The notes: a model not told the origin generated them from the letters alone. Numbered from the stretch's first letter, positions 31,309-42,567 are shown. The stretch: 64,000 bases of DNA from Candidatus Fraserbacteria bacterium (GCA_947085185.1 CAMTVK010000003.1:149047-213046), one strand, 5' to 3'. A program made the numbers and translations.

Positions 31309-32566
31309 GGTCAGGCTCCTTCGCTTCGACACGACTCAGCAGCCTCCCCCGATGGAGTCGAATCGTGACGCGCTCGCCTACGGTGACTTGAGCAGCAGAG
31401 CGCACGATCTGCCCAGATTCGCTCTCCACTACAGAAAAGCCGCGCTGCAACAGGCGGACGGGGTTCAAGCTCTCCAGATGGCGCACCAGGCCCTGCCATC
31501 GCTCGTGGTGACGGCGCATACGCTCGTGCATCGTGCGCAGCAAGAGCTCAGTAGCGTGATCGAGGCTCTGCTGGTGGTCGCGCAGAAGCTGCACCGGCCG
31601 ATGCAGCCCGCGGCTGCGCCGCACCACCTCCAGGCGCATAAGATACCCGTCTACGCACGATGAGATGAGCTGCTGCACTCGCATCTGAGAACTTTGGGCC
31701 AATTCTAAGATCTCGCGTCGGTCGGGGACGGCCATCTGCGCTGCAGCTGTCGGCGTGGGGGCGCGCACGTCCGCGACCAGATCCGCGATCGTGATATCCA
31801 CTTCGTGGCCAACAGCAGAGATCGTAGGCACTGAAGATTCGAAGATCGCGCGTGCTACCGGCTCTTCGTTGAACGCCCACAGGTCTTCTAACGAGCCGCC
31901 ACCACGGGTGATGATGAGCGTATCGAGCTTCTCCACCGTGAGCGAGTAGCGATTGGCCACGCGGATCGCTGCGGCGATCTCGAGGGCTGCACCTTCACCT
32001 TGCACCTTAGCGGGGAAGAGCACGACTTCGACGACGGGGTATCGCTCTCTGAGAATTTTTACAATATCGCGCAGGGCAGCGCCTTCAGGGGAAGTCACGA
32101 TGCCGATGCGCTCCGGGAAGCGCGGGATGGGCTGCTTGAAGCGCGCGTCGAAGAGCCCTTCAGCGTGGAGGCGCTCTTTGAGCTTCTCAAATTCTAATTG
32201 GAGTTTTCCGATCCCCGCCGGACGCATCTCCAAAACATTGATTTGATAACGTCCCTTCCGTTCGTAGAGCGTGATCTGCCCAAACGCGATGACTTTCTGG
32301 CCGTCAGCGGGGGTAAATGGCAAGAGCGCATTATAATCTGAGAACATCACGGCCTCGATCTCGGCAGATTCGTCTTTGAGCGTAAAGTACATATGGCCGT
32401 TGCGATGGTGGGTAAAATTCGAGATCTCCCCTTCGAGCCAGAGGGGGGGCAGGCCCGCTTCGAGCAGATCGTGCACGACCCGATTGAGCTGGCCGACCGT
32501 CAAGATCGTCGGGGCTGTCTTGTGAGCCTGCGCCGTCTCTGTAAATAAAGATCGCATCTTGCCCAT
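31283..32566 (-). CDS. xseA: exodeoxyribonuclease VII large subunit
   Basis: GEISNF…GHMYFTLKD, RGGGSLEDLWAFNEE, SAVGHEVD, RAPTPTAAA. Confidence 0.95.
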   Translation of the reverse strand: MGKMRSLFTETAQAHKTAPTILTVGQLNRVVHDLLEAGLPPLWLEGEISNFTHHRNGHMYFTLKDESAEIEAVMFSDYNALLPFTPADGQKVIAFGQITLYERKGRYQINVLEMRPAGIGKLQLEFEKLKERLHAEGLFDARFKQPIPRFPERIGIVTSPEGAALRDIVKILRERYPVVEVVLFPAKVQGEGAALEIAAAIRVANRYSLTVEKLDTLIITRGGGSLEDLWAFNEEPVARAIFESSVPTISAVGHEVDITIADLVADVRAPTPTAAAQMAVPDRREILELAQSSQMRVQQLISSCVDGYLMRLEVVRRSRGLHRPVQLLRDHQQSLDHATELLLRTMHERMRRHHERWQGLVRHLESLNPVRLLQRGFSVVESESGQIVRSAAQVTVGERVTIRLHRGRLLSRVEAKEPDHGEESPQD

Positions 32567-32608
32567 CGCTTTATATCTTAGCGCGATGGAGCCAAGCAGG
32601 GCAAGTCC

Positions 32609-33904
32609 TTAAAACTTCACGCTCATCGAGGGGCTGATATAGAGCAGATATTCTCGGCGGAGCTGCACTTCGACACTGGCCAGCCAGGCCCATGTCCCCG
32701 GCCCGACCATCCCCCAGCTCATCTCTAATTTTTGGTTGTAGAACCCGTTGAGGAGCCCGCCCAAGAACGCCGTCTGCGAGCGGAATCGGAACGGCTCAAA
32801 CTCAGCAAGAATCTCGATGATATGCAGCAGCCCTACTGGGTCTTGGACGACCAGCTCGTCCTTGAATGAGAGCGCTTCCCACTGTACGGAGAAGCTGAAG
32901 CGTTTGGCGGGGAATTGAAAGAGCCCATTGGGATCGATGAACTCGATCTCAAAGAGCCCGTCCCCAACTTGCGCAGTCCAGCCAAAGCTCACAAACGACG
33001 GGGTCGCTAAGTCATGCAACACGATCTTCTGCTGCACGACCGCTCCCAACACAGAGACGCGCAACGAAAGGACGATCTGCGAGAGCTCGATCGTCGTAAA
33101 ATCAAAAGCGATCTCGGCACCAAGCGTCACCCCAGCGATCGTCAGATTCCTGATGATAAGTTTTTCTTCTTGGAACTCAAGGCCGGGCACCACGCGGCCC
33201 TCAAAATATCTCTCTAGGAGTTTGCACTCGCCAAAGCACTCCCAGCCCTGGCGGGCTCCTATATAAGTTTGAGCGACGATCTCAGCTCCGCCGGGGGTGA
33301 GACCCCCAGCTTCGAAGATCAGCCCGCTTTGGAAGTCTGGCTGATTGACTGCTCCAAAGTTCGCGATGAGCATGGTGAGGGAGAACCTCACGCCTAGAAC
33401 GTCGAGCGCCATCTGACTGATGAGCTTGCGGAACTGCACAGGGTCGTCTACGGTGGGGGCGAGCAATTTTGCCATATCCAAGGGCGAAGCGAGCTCGTCT
33501 ATAAACATTCGCAAGGGGACGCCGACCAGCCCTGGGTCGGGTTGGGCAAACTGCACCGTCCAGAAGGGGTCATCGTCCACTTCGAGAATATTGGGGGCGA
33601 AGATGAGGACATTGCGGAAGGAGATGACCATGCCCGCTTGGATCTCGAACGCCTGGAATTCTGCGCCTCTGAAGCTGAAGACACTCGTGCTGGTGATGGC
33701 CAGCCCGCTGATGAACAGCGTCAGCCGCAAGCTTGTCTCGGCGTCCACGTTGATCTGGTCTATCTTGGTCTGGCCGGGGTTGAGCGGCTCGAAGAAGACC
33801 GCCACGGCGATCTCCCCTGATACCGGAGCTGCGGTGCCAAGTTCGAAGTTCCAAGTTACAAGTTGAAAGAAGACAGTAAGACCAATACACACGAATCTCT
33901 TCAT
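32609..33904 (-). CDS. secreted beta-strand-rich hypothetical protein, putative outer-membrane barrel
   Basis: Signal peptide, alternating hydrophobic strands, terminal Phe (SPSMSVKF). Confidence 0.6.
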   Translation of the reverse strand: MKRFVCIGLTVFFQLVTWNFELGTAAPVSGEIAVAVFFEPLNPGQTKIDQINVDAETSLRLTLFISGLAITSTSVFSFRGAEFQAFEIQAGMVISFRNVLIFAPNILEVDDDPFWTVQFAQPDPGLVGVPLRMFIDELASPLDMAKLLAPTVDDPVQFRKLISQMALDVLGVRFSLTMLIANFGAVNQPDFQSGLIFEAGGLTPGGAEIVAQTYIGARQGWECFGECKLLERYFEGRVVPGLEFQEEKLIIRNLTIAGVTLGAEIAFDFTTIELSQIVLSLRVSVLGAVVQQKIVLHDLATPSFVSFGWTAQVGDGLFEIEFIDPNGLFQFPAKRFSFSVQWEALSFKDELVVQDPVGLLHIIEILAEFEPFRFRSQTAFLGGLLNGFYNQKLEMSWGMVGPGTWAWLASVEVQLRREYLLYISPSMSVKF

Positions 33905-34413
33905 GGCGCGATGATCACCACCTGGCCGGCACTGGGGGGACCTATGGGGATAGGATTCCCAACCCTATCGGTGAAGAGATCGACGGCTGTGATTGTCAGA
34001 GCTGTCGACGCTCCTACAGGGCCGACGGCTTGCACGGCCATCTCGATGATGGGAATTTCGAGCGCCCCCAGCCCTGCCGCAATGATGGGCCGGATGCTCC
34101 CCCCAGGAAAACTCGCAACAAATTGTACCCAGCCCATAGTGTTATTGATCGTGCTCCCAAAGACGGTGAACCCATTCACTCCCGTCAGCCCTGTCACTTG
34201 AATGACCGAAGGATCGAACGTCAGCAGCCCGGTTGGGCCGACTTGAATGGTCTTGGCGTCCGGGGGATTTACAATGCTGATGCGGACGACGCCTGTGCCG
34301 CCGGCGGGCAGGTTCAGCGTGCCTACCGTCACGCGTGTGCGATAGGATCCCTCACAGCCTGTTAAGATTCCGAGCATGATGCCAAGACAGAGAACCCACC
34401 GAGAGAGCTTCAT
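33901..34413 (-). CDS. cohesin-like domain lipoprotein
   Basis: LTGC lipobox; LTFDPSVIQV…AVGPVGASTALTIT…DRVGNPI…GQVVI cohesin-like pattern. Confidence 0.65.
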   Translation of the reverse strand: MKLSRWVLCLGIMLGILTGCEGSYRTRVTVGTLNLPAGGTGVVRISIVNPPDAKTIQVGPTGLLTFDPSVIQVTGLTGVNGFTVFGSTINNTMGWVQFVASFPGGSIRPIIAAGLGALEIPIIEMAVQAVGPVGASTALTITAVDLFTDRVGNPIPIGPPSAGQVVIIAP

Positions 34414-37400
34414 CGGAGGATCACCAGTTTTTGGAGGCGGCTGCGCATGAGCGAGCCGTCTGCTCCTCGTACCAAGACGACATAGAGATAGACGCCGTTG
34501 GCCAGAGGACGTCCATCGTCAGTGAGGGCGAGCCAGTCCAGCTCTGCTCCCTTGCGCCACCCGCTGATGAAGAGAGCTTTTCCAGCAAGATTGAAGACTT
34601 GGACGTTCATCTCGACGATGCCCGACCCATAAGCGCGAAAGCGCATCAGTTGGCCTTGCGCGTGATATTCGGTGCGCTCGAGGGTCACGGCAGCAGCAGC
34701 TTGCAAGAGCGCTTGAGGCGTTCGCGCGTCGAGCGCAGGGCAGTACCCACGATATCCGCGCGCGATCTCGCTGATCACCGTGACATCGCGCACATCGAGA
34801 CCCCCAAATGGCGGCGCGACGTCGGCCGCAAGGCGTTGCGATTCGGTCAATCGAATGCTCCCTAAGATCGCACGGGCGACAAGCTGCGCGTCGGCTTCTT
34901 CAACCAGGCCGTTGTTGTCCACATCTCCGCAGAGCAAGAACGAGCTCCCCAAGACAGTTACCGTTGCATCGTGGGGTGTTGGCGTGCGCGGATCATCGCT
35001 GTACTGGGCAGAGATATTCGCCCCGGAGATCTGGGCTTGATTGGAGATCGTGAGCGCATCTTGGGGAACGGGGTTAATGATCCGGACGCGGAAGCTCACC
35101 CGCGTTTGTCCTCCGAAGGCCCCAACAGCTCCGAGATTAGCGCTCAGGGCGGAGTCCGTCGAACCTGGTGCTCCCCCGCTTGAGCTCGTCTTGAGCGTTT
35201 CCATAATAAGACGTGTCTTGGGGTCAGGCGTATCCGAGAGCACAATATCTGTCGCATCTCTCGTGCCGGCGTTGATGAGCACGAGGACATATTCGAGTAT
35301 GTCTCCGGGGGTGATGGTGCCACTGTGGTCGGTGTCGTAGGCGAGAAAGACGTCCTTGGTAAAGTGCATCAGCGGCGCGGCAGCAATCACTGTCTTTGTT
35401 GGATCTTCTTGGGCAGGAGTATCAGGGTCGTCGCTCACTAAGCTTCCGACACCGGGGATATTGACGAGCGCTTGGGTGGAGATGCTCGCGATGCTTGAGG
35501 GCAGAGAGTCTTTTATAGTCACATCAAACGAGACGGAAGCCGTGCCCCCAGCGCGCGCGATTCTGTCTATGAGAACCCCGACAGAGCTGTCCCCGACAGT
35601 GTTGCCCGACTGAACAATGCCCAGAGAAGTCCGCACGCTGCCCACAACAAGCTGGGTATTGAGATCGGGAGTATCGCTGAGGAAGACGTTGGTCGCGTCG
35701 GCGTTACCGATATTGATGAGCAAGATATGATAACTCAGGGTGTCGCCGGGGCTGGGGAGACCGTCGCCGTTGGCGTCGTTCTTCAAAAAAGCTCTCATTG
35801 TCATTAAGACGTAGGGTTGGTCCATGGCGATGGTGCGGGTCGGGTCATCGACGGCGGGGGTAGTAGGATCATCGCTTACGAAGCTTGGGGTGTTTTCGCT
35901 GCTGACGAGGGCGTGATTGGAGATCGACACGACGCCGCCGGGGAGTGGGGCATTGACGCCGACGCGGAACGTGATCGTCGCGCTCTTGCTATTGGCCATC
36001 AGTGTGCCGAGATTGACTTGAACGGATCGGTCGTTCTCGGCATTGCCCTTCGTCACGGCCCCTTGGGTGGTCGTGACGCTGCCGATCACGAGCGTCACGT
36101 TCGGGTCGAGGCCATCGGAGAGCACGACCGATCCGACATTCTCGCGACCCACGTTCTGTACGGTGATCGTATATTTGATAATATCTCCGGGGCTGGGCTG
36201 GCCGTCCCCGTCAAGATCGTTAAAAATCGAGAAAGTCTTGGACACCCGCAGGAGCGGCCCAGTGCTGACGATGATCTCCGTGGGATCGAGAGGAGCGAGC
36301 GTCGTCGGGTCATCGGTGGGCTCGTCGGGGAGCTCATTACTCGAGATGATCCCCTGGGCGCGAACGAGGGGCGTCCCTGGGGGCAGTGGGCTTTTGATGC
36401 GCACCCGCAACTGAATCGTCTCTGATGCGCTAGGGCTCAAAGTCCCAAGGTCCACACGAACTTGGGAGCTTGAGACTGTCGTCCCGCTTGTTGCCGTGAC
36501 GCTGTCTGGGAGAAGGGCCGTCTTGGGATCGGGAGTAAAGCGGAAGACGACGCCGGTGGCCGGAGCCGGACCGATGTTGGTGACCGTGACGCGGTACTCG
36601 ATAGTATCGCCGGGGCTTCCTCCCAGCGGGGGAGTATCTTCAACGAGAGAGGCTGTAAGTATTGCTCGCAGGTGCGGGCTGTGCGTCGCTGATCCTACGG
36701 TGGTCGTCAAGGATGCTGAATTATTGGCTGTATTGGTCTCAGCAGAGTTGGTCATCGCTTGGGCGATGGTCTTCAATTCTGTGCCCGTAGGGACGGAGCT
36801 TTGTACGGATATTTGGACGCTGAGCGAGCCGCCCTGCCCACTGTGAAGCGAACCGATCGAGAATGTCAAGGTCTGTCCAGAATTGTTTGTGGGCGGTGGG
36901 CTGGCGCTGACAAACTGCGTGCCGTTGGGAAGGGTGAGGGTAATCTGGAGGTCTTCGGCGACGGACGGTCCGGCGTTGTGATAGTGCACCATGAGATTGA
37001 GCGAGCTGCCGGGAAGGACGGTCGTAGGGCCGGAGATGCCCAGCTGCACATCCGTGGAGCTGTTGGCACACGCCGTGTCCGAAGCAACGATCGAGCTCGA
37101 ATTGATGGTCCCTTGGGCAGTGTTGCACATGATATCAGCCGAGGTGGCCGTGGCTTGGAAGCCCACGGTGCCCGCGGGGTTCTGCCCAGAGGGGACGGGA
37201 TCGAGGATGACCCAGCGGAGCGCAGTGACGCGGGCAGCAGAAGCTGGCTCTGTCGTCACAAACGTTGCGCCGCCATCTGTAGACCAGAGCTTGAGACACG
37301 TATGGCTGCACGTCGAGCTTCCGGCCACATATGTGACTTCAGAAGGCAGAATATCTGTGATCGTGACGCCGTTGCCTGAGGTGGGATCGCCGATGGCTGC

Positions 37401-38447
37401 TCCGCCCGAGTTGCCGTAGGCGATAGAGTACGTAAGAGTTGTCCCCGGTGTTGCGGACGTTGGGGTGACGGATTTATCAATGAGCAGCCTGCCGAGGGTG
37501 TCGCGGACTTGAATAGTGAGCGTGATCGCGCCGATATCGGCGTTAAATTTGTGTCCGCTGCCTGAGGCGGCTTGCTGATAGGGCACAAGAGTTGTTGAGC
37601 ACGCGCGCACCCCTATGAACGTGTACTTGACGTAATCGGGAGGGGTGCGGGTGTAGTTTGGCGGCGGGTTGTGTGAGCCGATGCCAGAAAAATAGAGCTG
37701 ATCGCTATAGGGCGTCGCTCGGATGCTGGTGAGCATGACTTCGGTGCGCACGAGTCTCAAGCACGTCGGATCGAAGCTGGGATTGCTGACGGGCTGAAGC
37801 CAAGCGTCTTCGATGGCTTCTGGGCCAGGCCCCACGGCTCCTAAATCGAATCCCGTGATCGTGACCGTGACGAGCTGCCCAACGCCGATCTGGTTTGAGC
37901 TTGGCTCGACGGTGACCGAGCCGTCGGTGGGCAGGATTCTGCTGGAGCTTGCCGCGGAGGAGTTTTTCGTGTGCAAGGTCGCGCTCTGAGAGGCGCCGCA
38001 ATTGTTCTCTGATGTTGCCCACACTGAGTACGGGTACGAGATATCGGACGTGTTGGGATAGAGCACGTGCCAATAGACCGTGCGCGTTGCTCCTGGAGGA
38101 AGGTTTCCCAAAGGGCGCGTGGCTTCGCGTGGGGAGCCGAGCATCTGGAGGCTCTCTGCGCCGACGGATTCGAATGTGCCAGGGGTTGTGCCGTCGCCGA
38201 TGAAGAGCGTCACGTTCTTGATGGGATTTGATCCGGTGTTTTGTATTCTCACGGAGAGCGTCGCTACTTTCGGTCCCTCTGAAGAGACTACAGCAAATGG
38301 GCTGGACGTGATCGTGAGAGCAAGCGGGCAGCTTAACGCAGCTGAGCGGGACGACAAGGTGAAGAGCATTGGGGAAGCAGCAACCATGGCGAGGAGCAAT
38401 AGCCGGGAACTTCGAGCTTGACACGTGGAACTTGTCACTCTCTTCAT
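34410..38447 (-). CDS. large surface adhesin: DUF11 Ig-like repeats, dockerin-like domain and FlgD/T9SS-like C-terminal domain
   Basis: Repeated PGDTxxYxIxVxNxG and SDDPxTPxxxDPT; CGDVDNNGLV…AADVAPPFGGLDVRD; VQVFNLAG…LANGVYLYVV…KLVILR. Confidence 0.8.
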   Translation of the reverse strand: MKRVTSSTCQARSSRLLLLAMVAASPMLFTLSSRSAALSCPLALTITSSPFAVVSSEGPKVATLSVRIQNTGSNPIKNVTLFIGDGTTPGTFESVGAESLQMLGSPREATRPLGNLPPGATRTVYWHVLYPNTSDISYPYSVWATSENNCGASQSATLHTKNSSAASSSRILPTDGSVTVEPSSNQIGVGQLVTVTITGFDLGAVGPGPEAIEDAWLQPVSNPSFDPTCLRLVRTEVMLTSIRATPYSDQLYFSGIGSHNPPPNYTRTPPDYVKYTFIGVRACSTTLVPYQQAASGSGHKFNADIGAITLTIQVRDTLGRLLIDKSVTPTSATPGTTLTYSIAYGNSGGAAIGDPTSGNGVTITDILPSEVTYVAGSSTCSHTCLKLWSTDGGATFVTTEPASAARVTALRWVILDPVPSGQNPAGTVGFQATATSADIMCNTAQGTINSSSIVASDTACANSSTDVQLGISGPTTVLPGSSLNLMVHYHNAGPSVAEDLQITLTLPNGTQFVSASPPPTNNSGQTLTFSIGSLHSGQGGSLSVQISVQSSVPTGTELKTIAQAMTNSAETNTANNSASLTTTVGSATHSPHLRAILTASLVEDTPPLGGSPGDTIEYRVTVTNIGPAPATGVVFRFTPDPKTALLPDSVTATSGTTVSSSQVRVDLGTLSPSASETIQLRVRIKSPLPPGTPLVRAQGIISSNELPDEPTDDPTTLAPLDPTEIIVSTGPLLRVSKTFSIFNDLDGDGQPSPGDIIKYTITVQNVGRENVGSVVLSDGLDPNVTLVIGSVTTTQGAVTKGNAENDRSVQVNLGTLMANSKSATITFRVGVNAPLPGGVVSISNHALVSSENTPSFVSDDPTTPAVDDPTRTIAMDQPYVLMTMRAFLKNDANGDGLPSPGDTLSYHILLINIGNADATNVFLSDTPDLNTQLVVGSVRTSLGIVQSGNTVGDSSVGVLIDRIARAGGTASVSFDVTIKDSLPSSIASISTQALVNIPGVGSLVSDDPDTPAQEDPTKTVIAAAPLMHFTKDVFLAYDTDHSGTITPGDILEYVLVLINAGTRDATDIVLSDTPDPKTRLIMETLKTSSSGGAPGSTDSALSANLGAVGAFGGQTRVSFRVRIINPVPQDALTISNQAQISGANISAQYSDDPRTPTPHDATVTVLGSSFLLCGDVDNNGLVEEADAQLVARAILGSIRLTESQRLAADVAPPFGGLDVRDVTVISEIARGYRGYCPALDARTPQALLQAAAAVTLERTEYHAQGQLMRFRAYGSGIVEMNVQVFNLAGKALFISGWRKGAELDWLALTDDGRPLANGVYLYVVLVRGADGSLMRSRLQKLVILR

Positions 38448-38631
38448 AGCACCTCACTGAGCGTTGGGGCGTAGTCGCTCTGAATTGTAAAGGGTGTGGG
38501 GCGAGGAGAGGGTGTCTGAGGTCTACATGTGGGCGTGACTTCTTCCGCAGGGCGGTGGACGCCTGGGGCATCCTGGCACAGACAGACGGCACTTGTTAGA
38601 ATAGCCTCCATCTGAGAGGAAGGAGCGAAGT

Positions 38632-38841
38632 ATGGGTGAGTTGATCTTTGCGATTGTGATATTACTCAGTGGGATGATTGGGTTTATCGGGTTGGGGTAT
38701 ATGGTCTTTTCGCCGCCCACAGCGCCGAAGGTCTTTCTGGTTGCGGGGATCATAGGAATGATCGGGTTCTTTGGGTACGCGGTGCAGCGCGTGCGCGCGG
38801 AAAAGCGTGCCCAGAACACCAACACTGGTGAGCGAAAATAA
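38632..38841 (+). CDS. small two-TM membrane protein
   Basis: 69 aa; AAGGAG SD. Confidence 0.6.
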   Translation: MGELIFAIVILLSGMIGFIGLGYMVFSPPTAPKVFLVAGIIGMIGFFGYAVQRVRAEKRAQNTNTGERK

Positions 38842-40365
38842 TTATTGTCCTCGAAGCAGATATTTTTGAATCTTCCCTGATGCTGTCTTGGGCAGCGTTG
38901 TGACAAACTCGATCTCCCGTGGGTGCTTGTAGGCAGCAAGCTCCCTTAAGCAGTGCTGCCGAATCTCTTCGGCCAATGACGCTGATGGCGTATAGCCAGG
39001 CTTGAGCACGATATACGCTTTCACCGTCTCCCCCTTACGCTCATCGGGAATCCCCACGACCGCACACTCCGCCACTGCCGGGTGCTCATAGAGCACATGC
39101 TCGACTTCTTTAGGAAAGACTTTCACGCCCCCCACGTTGATCATGTCCTTCACGCGGTCGACGATATAATAATAGCCCTCTTCGTCTACGTACGCCAAGT
39201 CCCCCGTATGAAAGAAGCCCTCATCGTCAAGAGCTTGGCGGGTCGCTTCGGGATTATTGTGATAGCCCTTCATAACCATAGGGCCACGAACGCACAGTTC
39301 CCCTACTTGTCCGACAGGAAGACGCCTATTGTGCTCGTCCACGATCTTGCACTCGGCTCCTTCGATGGGCCAGCCGATCGAGCCGACTTTCGGGTATGGC
39401 GCGGCCAAATTGGTATGCGTGACCGGCGACGTCTCTGTCAAGCCATACCCTTCGTAGACGGTCACGCCGAGCTCCTTCTGCATCGCTTCGATCACGGGGA
39501 CGGGCATCTTCGCGCCCCCGGAGCTGCAAAGCTTCAGCGAGCTCAAGTCATACTGCGTCACTTTCGCATGGTTTAAGAGATCAATATAGAGCGTGGGGAC
39601 GCAGACCATGCTCGTGATCTTATGCTCTTGGATGAGCTGCATCGCGTGCTCGGCATCCCATCGGAGCATCGGGTATATGGTGACCCCTAGTGAGAGCGGA
39701 GTGAGCATCAGCACGGTCATCCCAGTGATATGAAACATTGGGACGGGGACTAAGAGTCGCTCTCCGGCGCCCTTGGCCTGCATGAGCTTCATCACAGCTT
39801 GAATATTGCTGCTCAGATTCTTATGAGTGAGCAAGACGCCCTTGGGTTTTCCGGTTGTCCCTGACGTGTAGGGCATGAGGGCTAAATCGTCGTCGTCGCG
39901 CTCGACGAAGTGAGGCGGATGTGTGAGCAGCTCATCGAAGTTTGGGTGAGCTGAGCCAGCTCCGACGACGAAGACTTTGAGATCAGGGAGTTCCGCTGCA
40001 GCTTTTTCGACCTCTTCGAGCATGAAGCTCGGCGCGATGATGAGCTTTGCTCCAGAATCTGTAATCTGATGGATGATCTCGCGTTTTTTCAGGGTGGGGT
40101 TCATGGGGGTGGGGACGCAGCCGGCTTTGAAGCCGCCCCAGATCGCGATCACAAATTGGGGCAGATTGGGCAGATAGACCGCGAAGCGATCTCCAGGCTC
40201 AAGCCCTAGGGCTTTCAGCCCCCCTGCAAATCGGCTCGTCCACTCAGAAAGCTCTCGGTACGAGATCACCCGTGGAGGGGCAACGTTGGGGATGCCGGGG
40301 AAGTACACAGCTGTCCTCTCTGGGGACCGTTGGGCAGCTCGTTCGAACAGATGGGCGACGTTCAT
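38842..40365 (-). CDS. long-chain fatty acid-CoA ligase (AMP-binding)
   Basis: YTSGTTGKPKG, EGYGLTETSP, FHTGD, LPKTASGKI. Confidence 0.92.
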   Translation of the reverse strand: MNVAHLFERAAQRSPERTAVYFPGIPNVAPPRVISYRELSEWTSRFAGGLKALGLEPGDRFAVYLPNLPQFVIAIWGGFKAGCVPTPMNPTLKKREIIHQITDSGAKLIIAPSFMLEEVEKAAAELPDLKVFVVGAGSAHPNFDELLTHPPHFVERDDDDLALMPYTSGTTGKPKGVLLTHKNLSSNIQAVMKLMQAKGAGERLLVPVPMFHITGMTVLMLTPLSLGVTIYPMLRWDAEHAMQLIQEHKITSMVCVPTLYIDLLNHAKVTQYDLSSLKLCSSGGAKMPVPVIEAMQKELGVTVYEGYGLTETSPVTHTNLAAPYPKVGSIGWPIEGAECKIVDEHNRRLPVGQVGELCVRGPMVMKGYHNNPEATRQALDDEGFFHTGDLAYVDEEGYYYIVDRVKDMINVGGVKVFPKEVEHVLYEHPAVAECAVVGIPDERKGETVKAYIVLKPGYTPSASLAEEIRQHCLRELAAYKHPREIEFVTTLPKTASGKIQKYLLRGQ

Positions 40366-40379
40366 AGCGAGACCTCCTT

Positions 40380-40661
40380 TCATAGAATCTCCATGTGATA
40401 ATCTTCGATCGTGATATCTTTGCGGTGTCCTATAGCTTCGACGAGCTTGTCCAGGAGCGCGTTATTGACCCGCCCGTCATTGCAGACGATCGCTGCCCCA
40501 AGCACGGCTGACTTCCAGTCGTCCAAGCGATCAATCTCCGCGATGGAGACGTTAAATGTGCGGCGCATCTGGGCGATGAGACTCTGGAGGATGTGGCGCT
40601 TCTCTTTGAGGGAGGACGGCTCATGCAGGCGCAGCGTCAGGCGCACCACCCCGATCTTCAT
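40380..40661 (-). CDS. DUF503 (YlxP) protein
   Basis: SLKEKR…FNVSIAEI…D.W; usual infB neighbour. Confidence 0.88.
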   Translation of the reverse strand: MKIGVVRLTLRLHEPSSLKEKRHILQSLIAQMRRTFNVSIAEIDRLDDWKSAVLGAAIVCNDGRVNNALLDKLVEAIGHRKDITIEDYHMEIL

Positions 40662-40725
40662 ACGACCACCCCAAACGAACCTCACCCCCTGCAGAAGAGG
40701 AGCCGGGGGAGAGGTCTCGCAAATC

Positions 40726-42567
40726 TCAGAACTCTTTGACGACCTCGCGCGTGTAGAACTCAAGCATATCGCCGACTTGAACCTTCTCGAACCCTGCGAT
40801 CTTGATGCCGCACTCCTTCCCCTGCTCGACCTTCTTGACGTCTTCGGTGAAGTGCTTGAGGCTGGCTAACGCCCCATCGAAGATCACGGCGTTCTCGCGC
40901 TTGACGCGCACCCGCGCCTCCCGCAGGACTCGTCCGTCGCGCACATAACAGCCGGCAATCGTGCCGACGTTGGGAATCTTGAAGACGTGACGCACTTCAG
41001 CTTCACCGATCTTCGTCTCGCGGATCTGTGGGGCGACCAGCCCTTGCAGGGCTTTCTTCACGTCGTCGGTCAATTGATAGATAATATCATAGACGCGAAT
41101 GGGCACACCCTCCTGATCGGCGAGCTTGGCGGCCTTGTCGTCCACGGCTATGCGAAATCCAATGATCGCAGCGTCTTTGGCCGTTGAAGCGAGCAAGACG
41201 TCGCTCTCATTGATGTTGCCGATGCCCTCGTGCAAAAATTCTAGCTGCACTTGCTCGACTCTTATGGTTTTCAGTTCGTTGCGCACTGCCTCCAGACAGC
41301 CGACGCTGTCGGCTTTCAGAACGATCCTCAAGACGCGTCGTTTCGAGTGAGCCAGCTCTTGCTGTCTGAGAATATCTTCGATAGTGCGGCGCGATCTTTC
41401 CAGGCGCTTGCGACGCATCTCTTCAAGACGAGCTTCGGCGATCCGCTTGGCTTCCATCAGGTCTTGCAGGACCTCGAAGCGTTCTCCCGCTCCAGGGACG
41501 TCCGAAAGCCCCAGGACTTGCACAGCAGAGCCAGGGCCAGCTTCGCTCACCCGCCGTCCTCGGTCGTCCAACAGCGCGCGGATGCGCCCATAGGCCGTGG
41601 AACAGAGCATCACATCGCGTTCGCGCAGCGTCCCCTCTTTGACGATCACGGTTGCCAGAGGGCCACGGGTCGCATCGAGCGAGCTCTCAATCACGACCCC
41701 CTGAGGCGGGGCCTGAGGATCGGCTTTCAGCTCCTGGAGTTCTGCGACTAATACAATCATCTCTAACAGATCGTCCACCCCCTGACCGGTGATCGCCGAG
41801 ATGGGCACGGTGATAATATCGCCGCCCCAGTCTTCGGGGGTCAGCCCTTCGCGAGCGAGCTGTTCTTTCACGCGCTGCACGCTCGCCGTGGGTTTATCTA
41901 TTTTATTAATAGCGACGATGATGGGCACGTTGGCGGCGCGGGCATGGCTGATCGCTTCGCGGGTTTGCTCCATGACGCCGTCATCTGCAGCAACGACCAG
42001 CACGACGATATCCGTCACTTGGGCACCGCGGGCGCGCATGTTGGCGAACGCCTTGTGCCCGGGTGTATCAATGAACGTGATCTTTTTGTTCTTATATTCT
42101 GCTTGATAAGCTCCGATAGATTGGGTAATTCCGCCGGCTTCTCCAGCGGCCACGCGCGTCTTGCGGATGTAGTCGAGCAGCGTGGTCTTGCCGTGGTCCA
42201 CGTGCCCTAAGATCGTGACGACTGGGGGGCGGGCGACTTTGGTCTCTGGGCGTGGGGCTGGGGCGACAGCGGTGGATGCGGGCGTTGGCATGGGGCGCGG
42301 GACTTCGATCTTATGAGGAGCGGGTTCGACTTTTGGTGCGGAGATTGTCTGGGGGATTGGTGTTGGGGGTTCTGTGCGTCTTGGCTGAGAGACTGTGGGG
42401 TGGGGCGTAGGGGGAGCGGGGGCAAACAGCTCCCGCGCAATCTTATACTCTTCTTCGGTGAGGCTCTCGAAGCTGTGCTTGCGCTTTTTGATGCCTCGCT
42501 GCTCTAAGCGCTCGACCAGTTCCCCAATGGTCGTATTGAGTTCTTTGGCGACTTTATACAGCTGCAT
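40726..42567 (-). CDS. infB: translation initiation factor IF-2
   Basis: [29 protein letters not shown]; start [10 protein letters not shown]. Confidence 0.97.
   Translation of the reverse strand: MQLYKVAKELNTTIGELVERLEQRGIKKRKHSFESLTEEEYKIARELFAPAPPTPHPTVSQPRRTEPPTPIPQTISAPKVEPAPHKIEVPRPMPTPASTAVAPAPRPETKVARPPVVTILGHVDHGKTTLLDYIRKTRVAAGEAGGITQSIGAYQAEYKNKKITFIDTPGHKAFANMRARGAQVTDIVVLVVAADDGVMEQTREAISHARAANVPIIVAINKIDKPTASVQRVKEQLAREGLTPEDWGGDIITVPISAITGQGVDDLLEMIVLVAELQELKADPQAPPQGVVIESSLDATRGPLATVIVKEGTLRERDVMLCSTAYGRIRALLDDRGRRVSEAGPGSAVQVLGLSDVPGAGERFEVLQDLMEAKRIAEARLEEMRRKRLERSRRTIEDILRQQELAHSKRRVLRIVLKADSVGCLEAVRNELKTIRVEQVQLEFLHEGIGNINESDVLLASTAKDAAIIGFRIAVDDKAAKLADQEGVPIRVYDIIYQLTDDVKKALQGLVAPQIRETKIGEAEVRHVFKIPNVGTIAGCYVRDGRVLREARVRVKRENAVIFDGALASLKHFTEDVKKVEQGKECGIKIAGFEKVQVGDMLEFYTREVVKEF

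Noticed and set aside
37705..38592. 295-aa minus-strand ORF and other long overlapping ORFs (e.g. 7001, 11361, 20912, 55233)
   Set aside because: These are shadow frames of well-supported genes in GC-rich DNA, with no recognisable motifs.
38450..38630. possible riboswitch upstream of the adhesin
   Set aside because: No recognisable aptamer consensus (for example c-di-GMP) on either strand.
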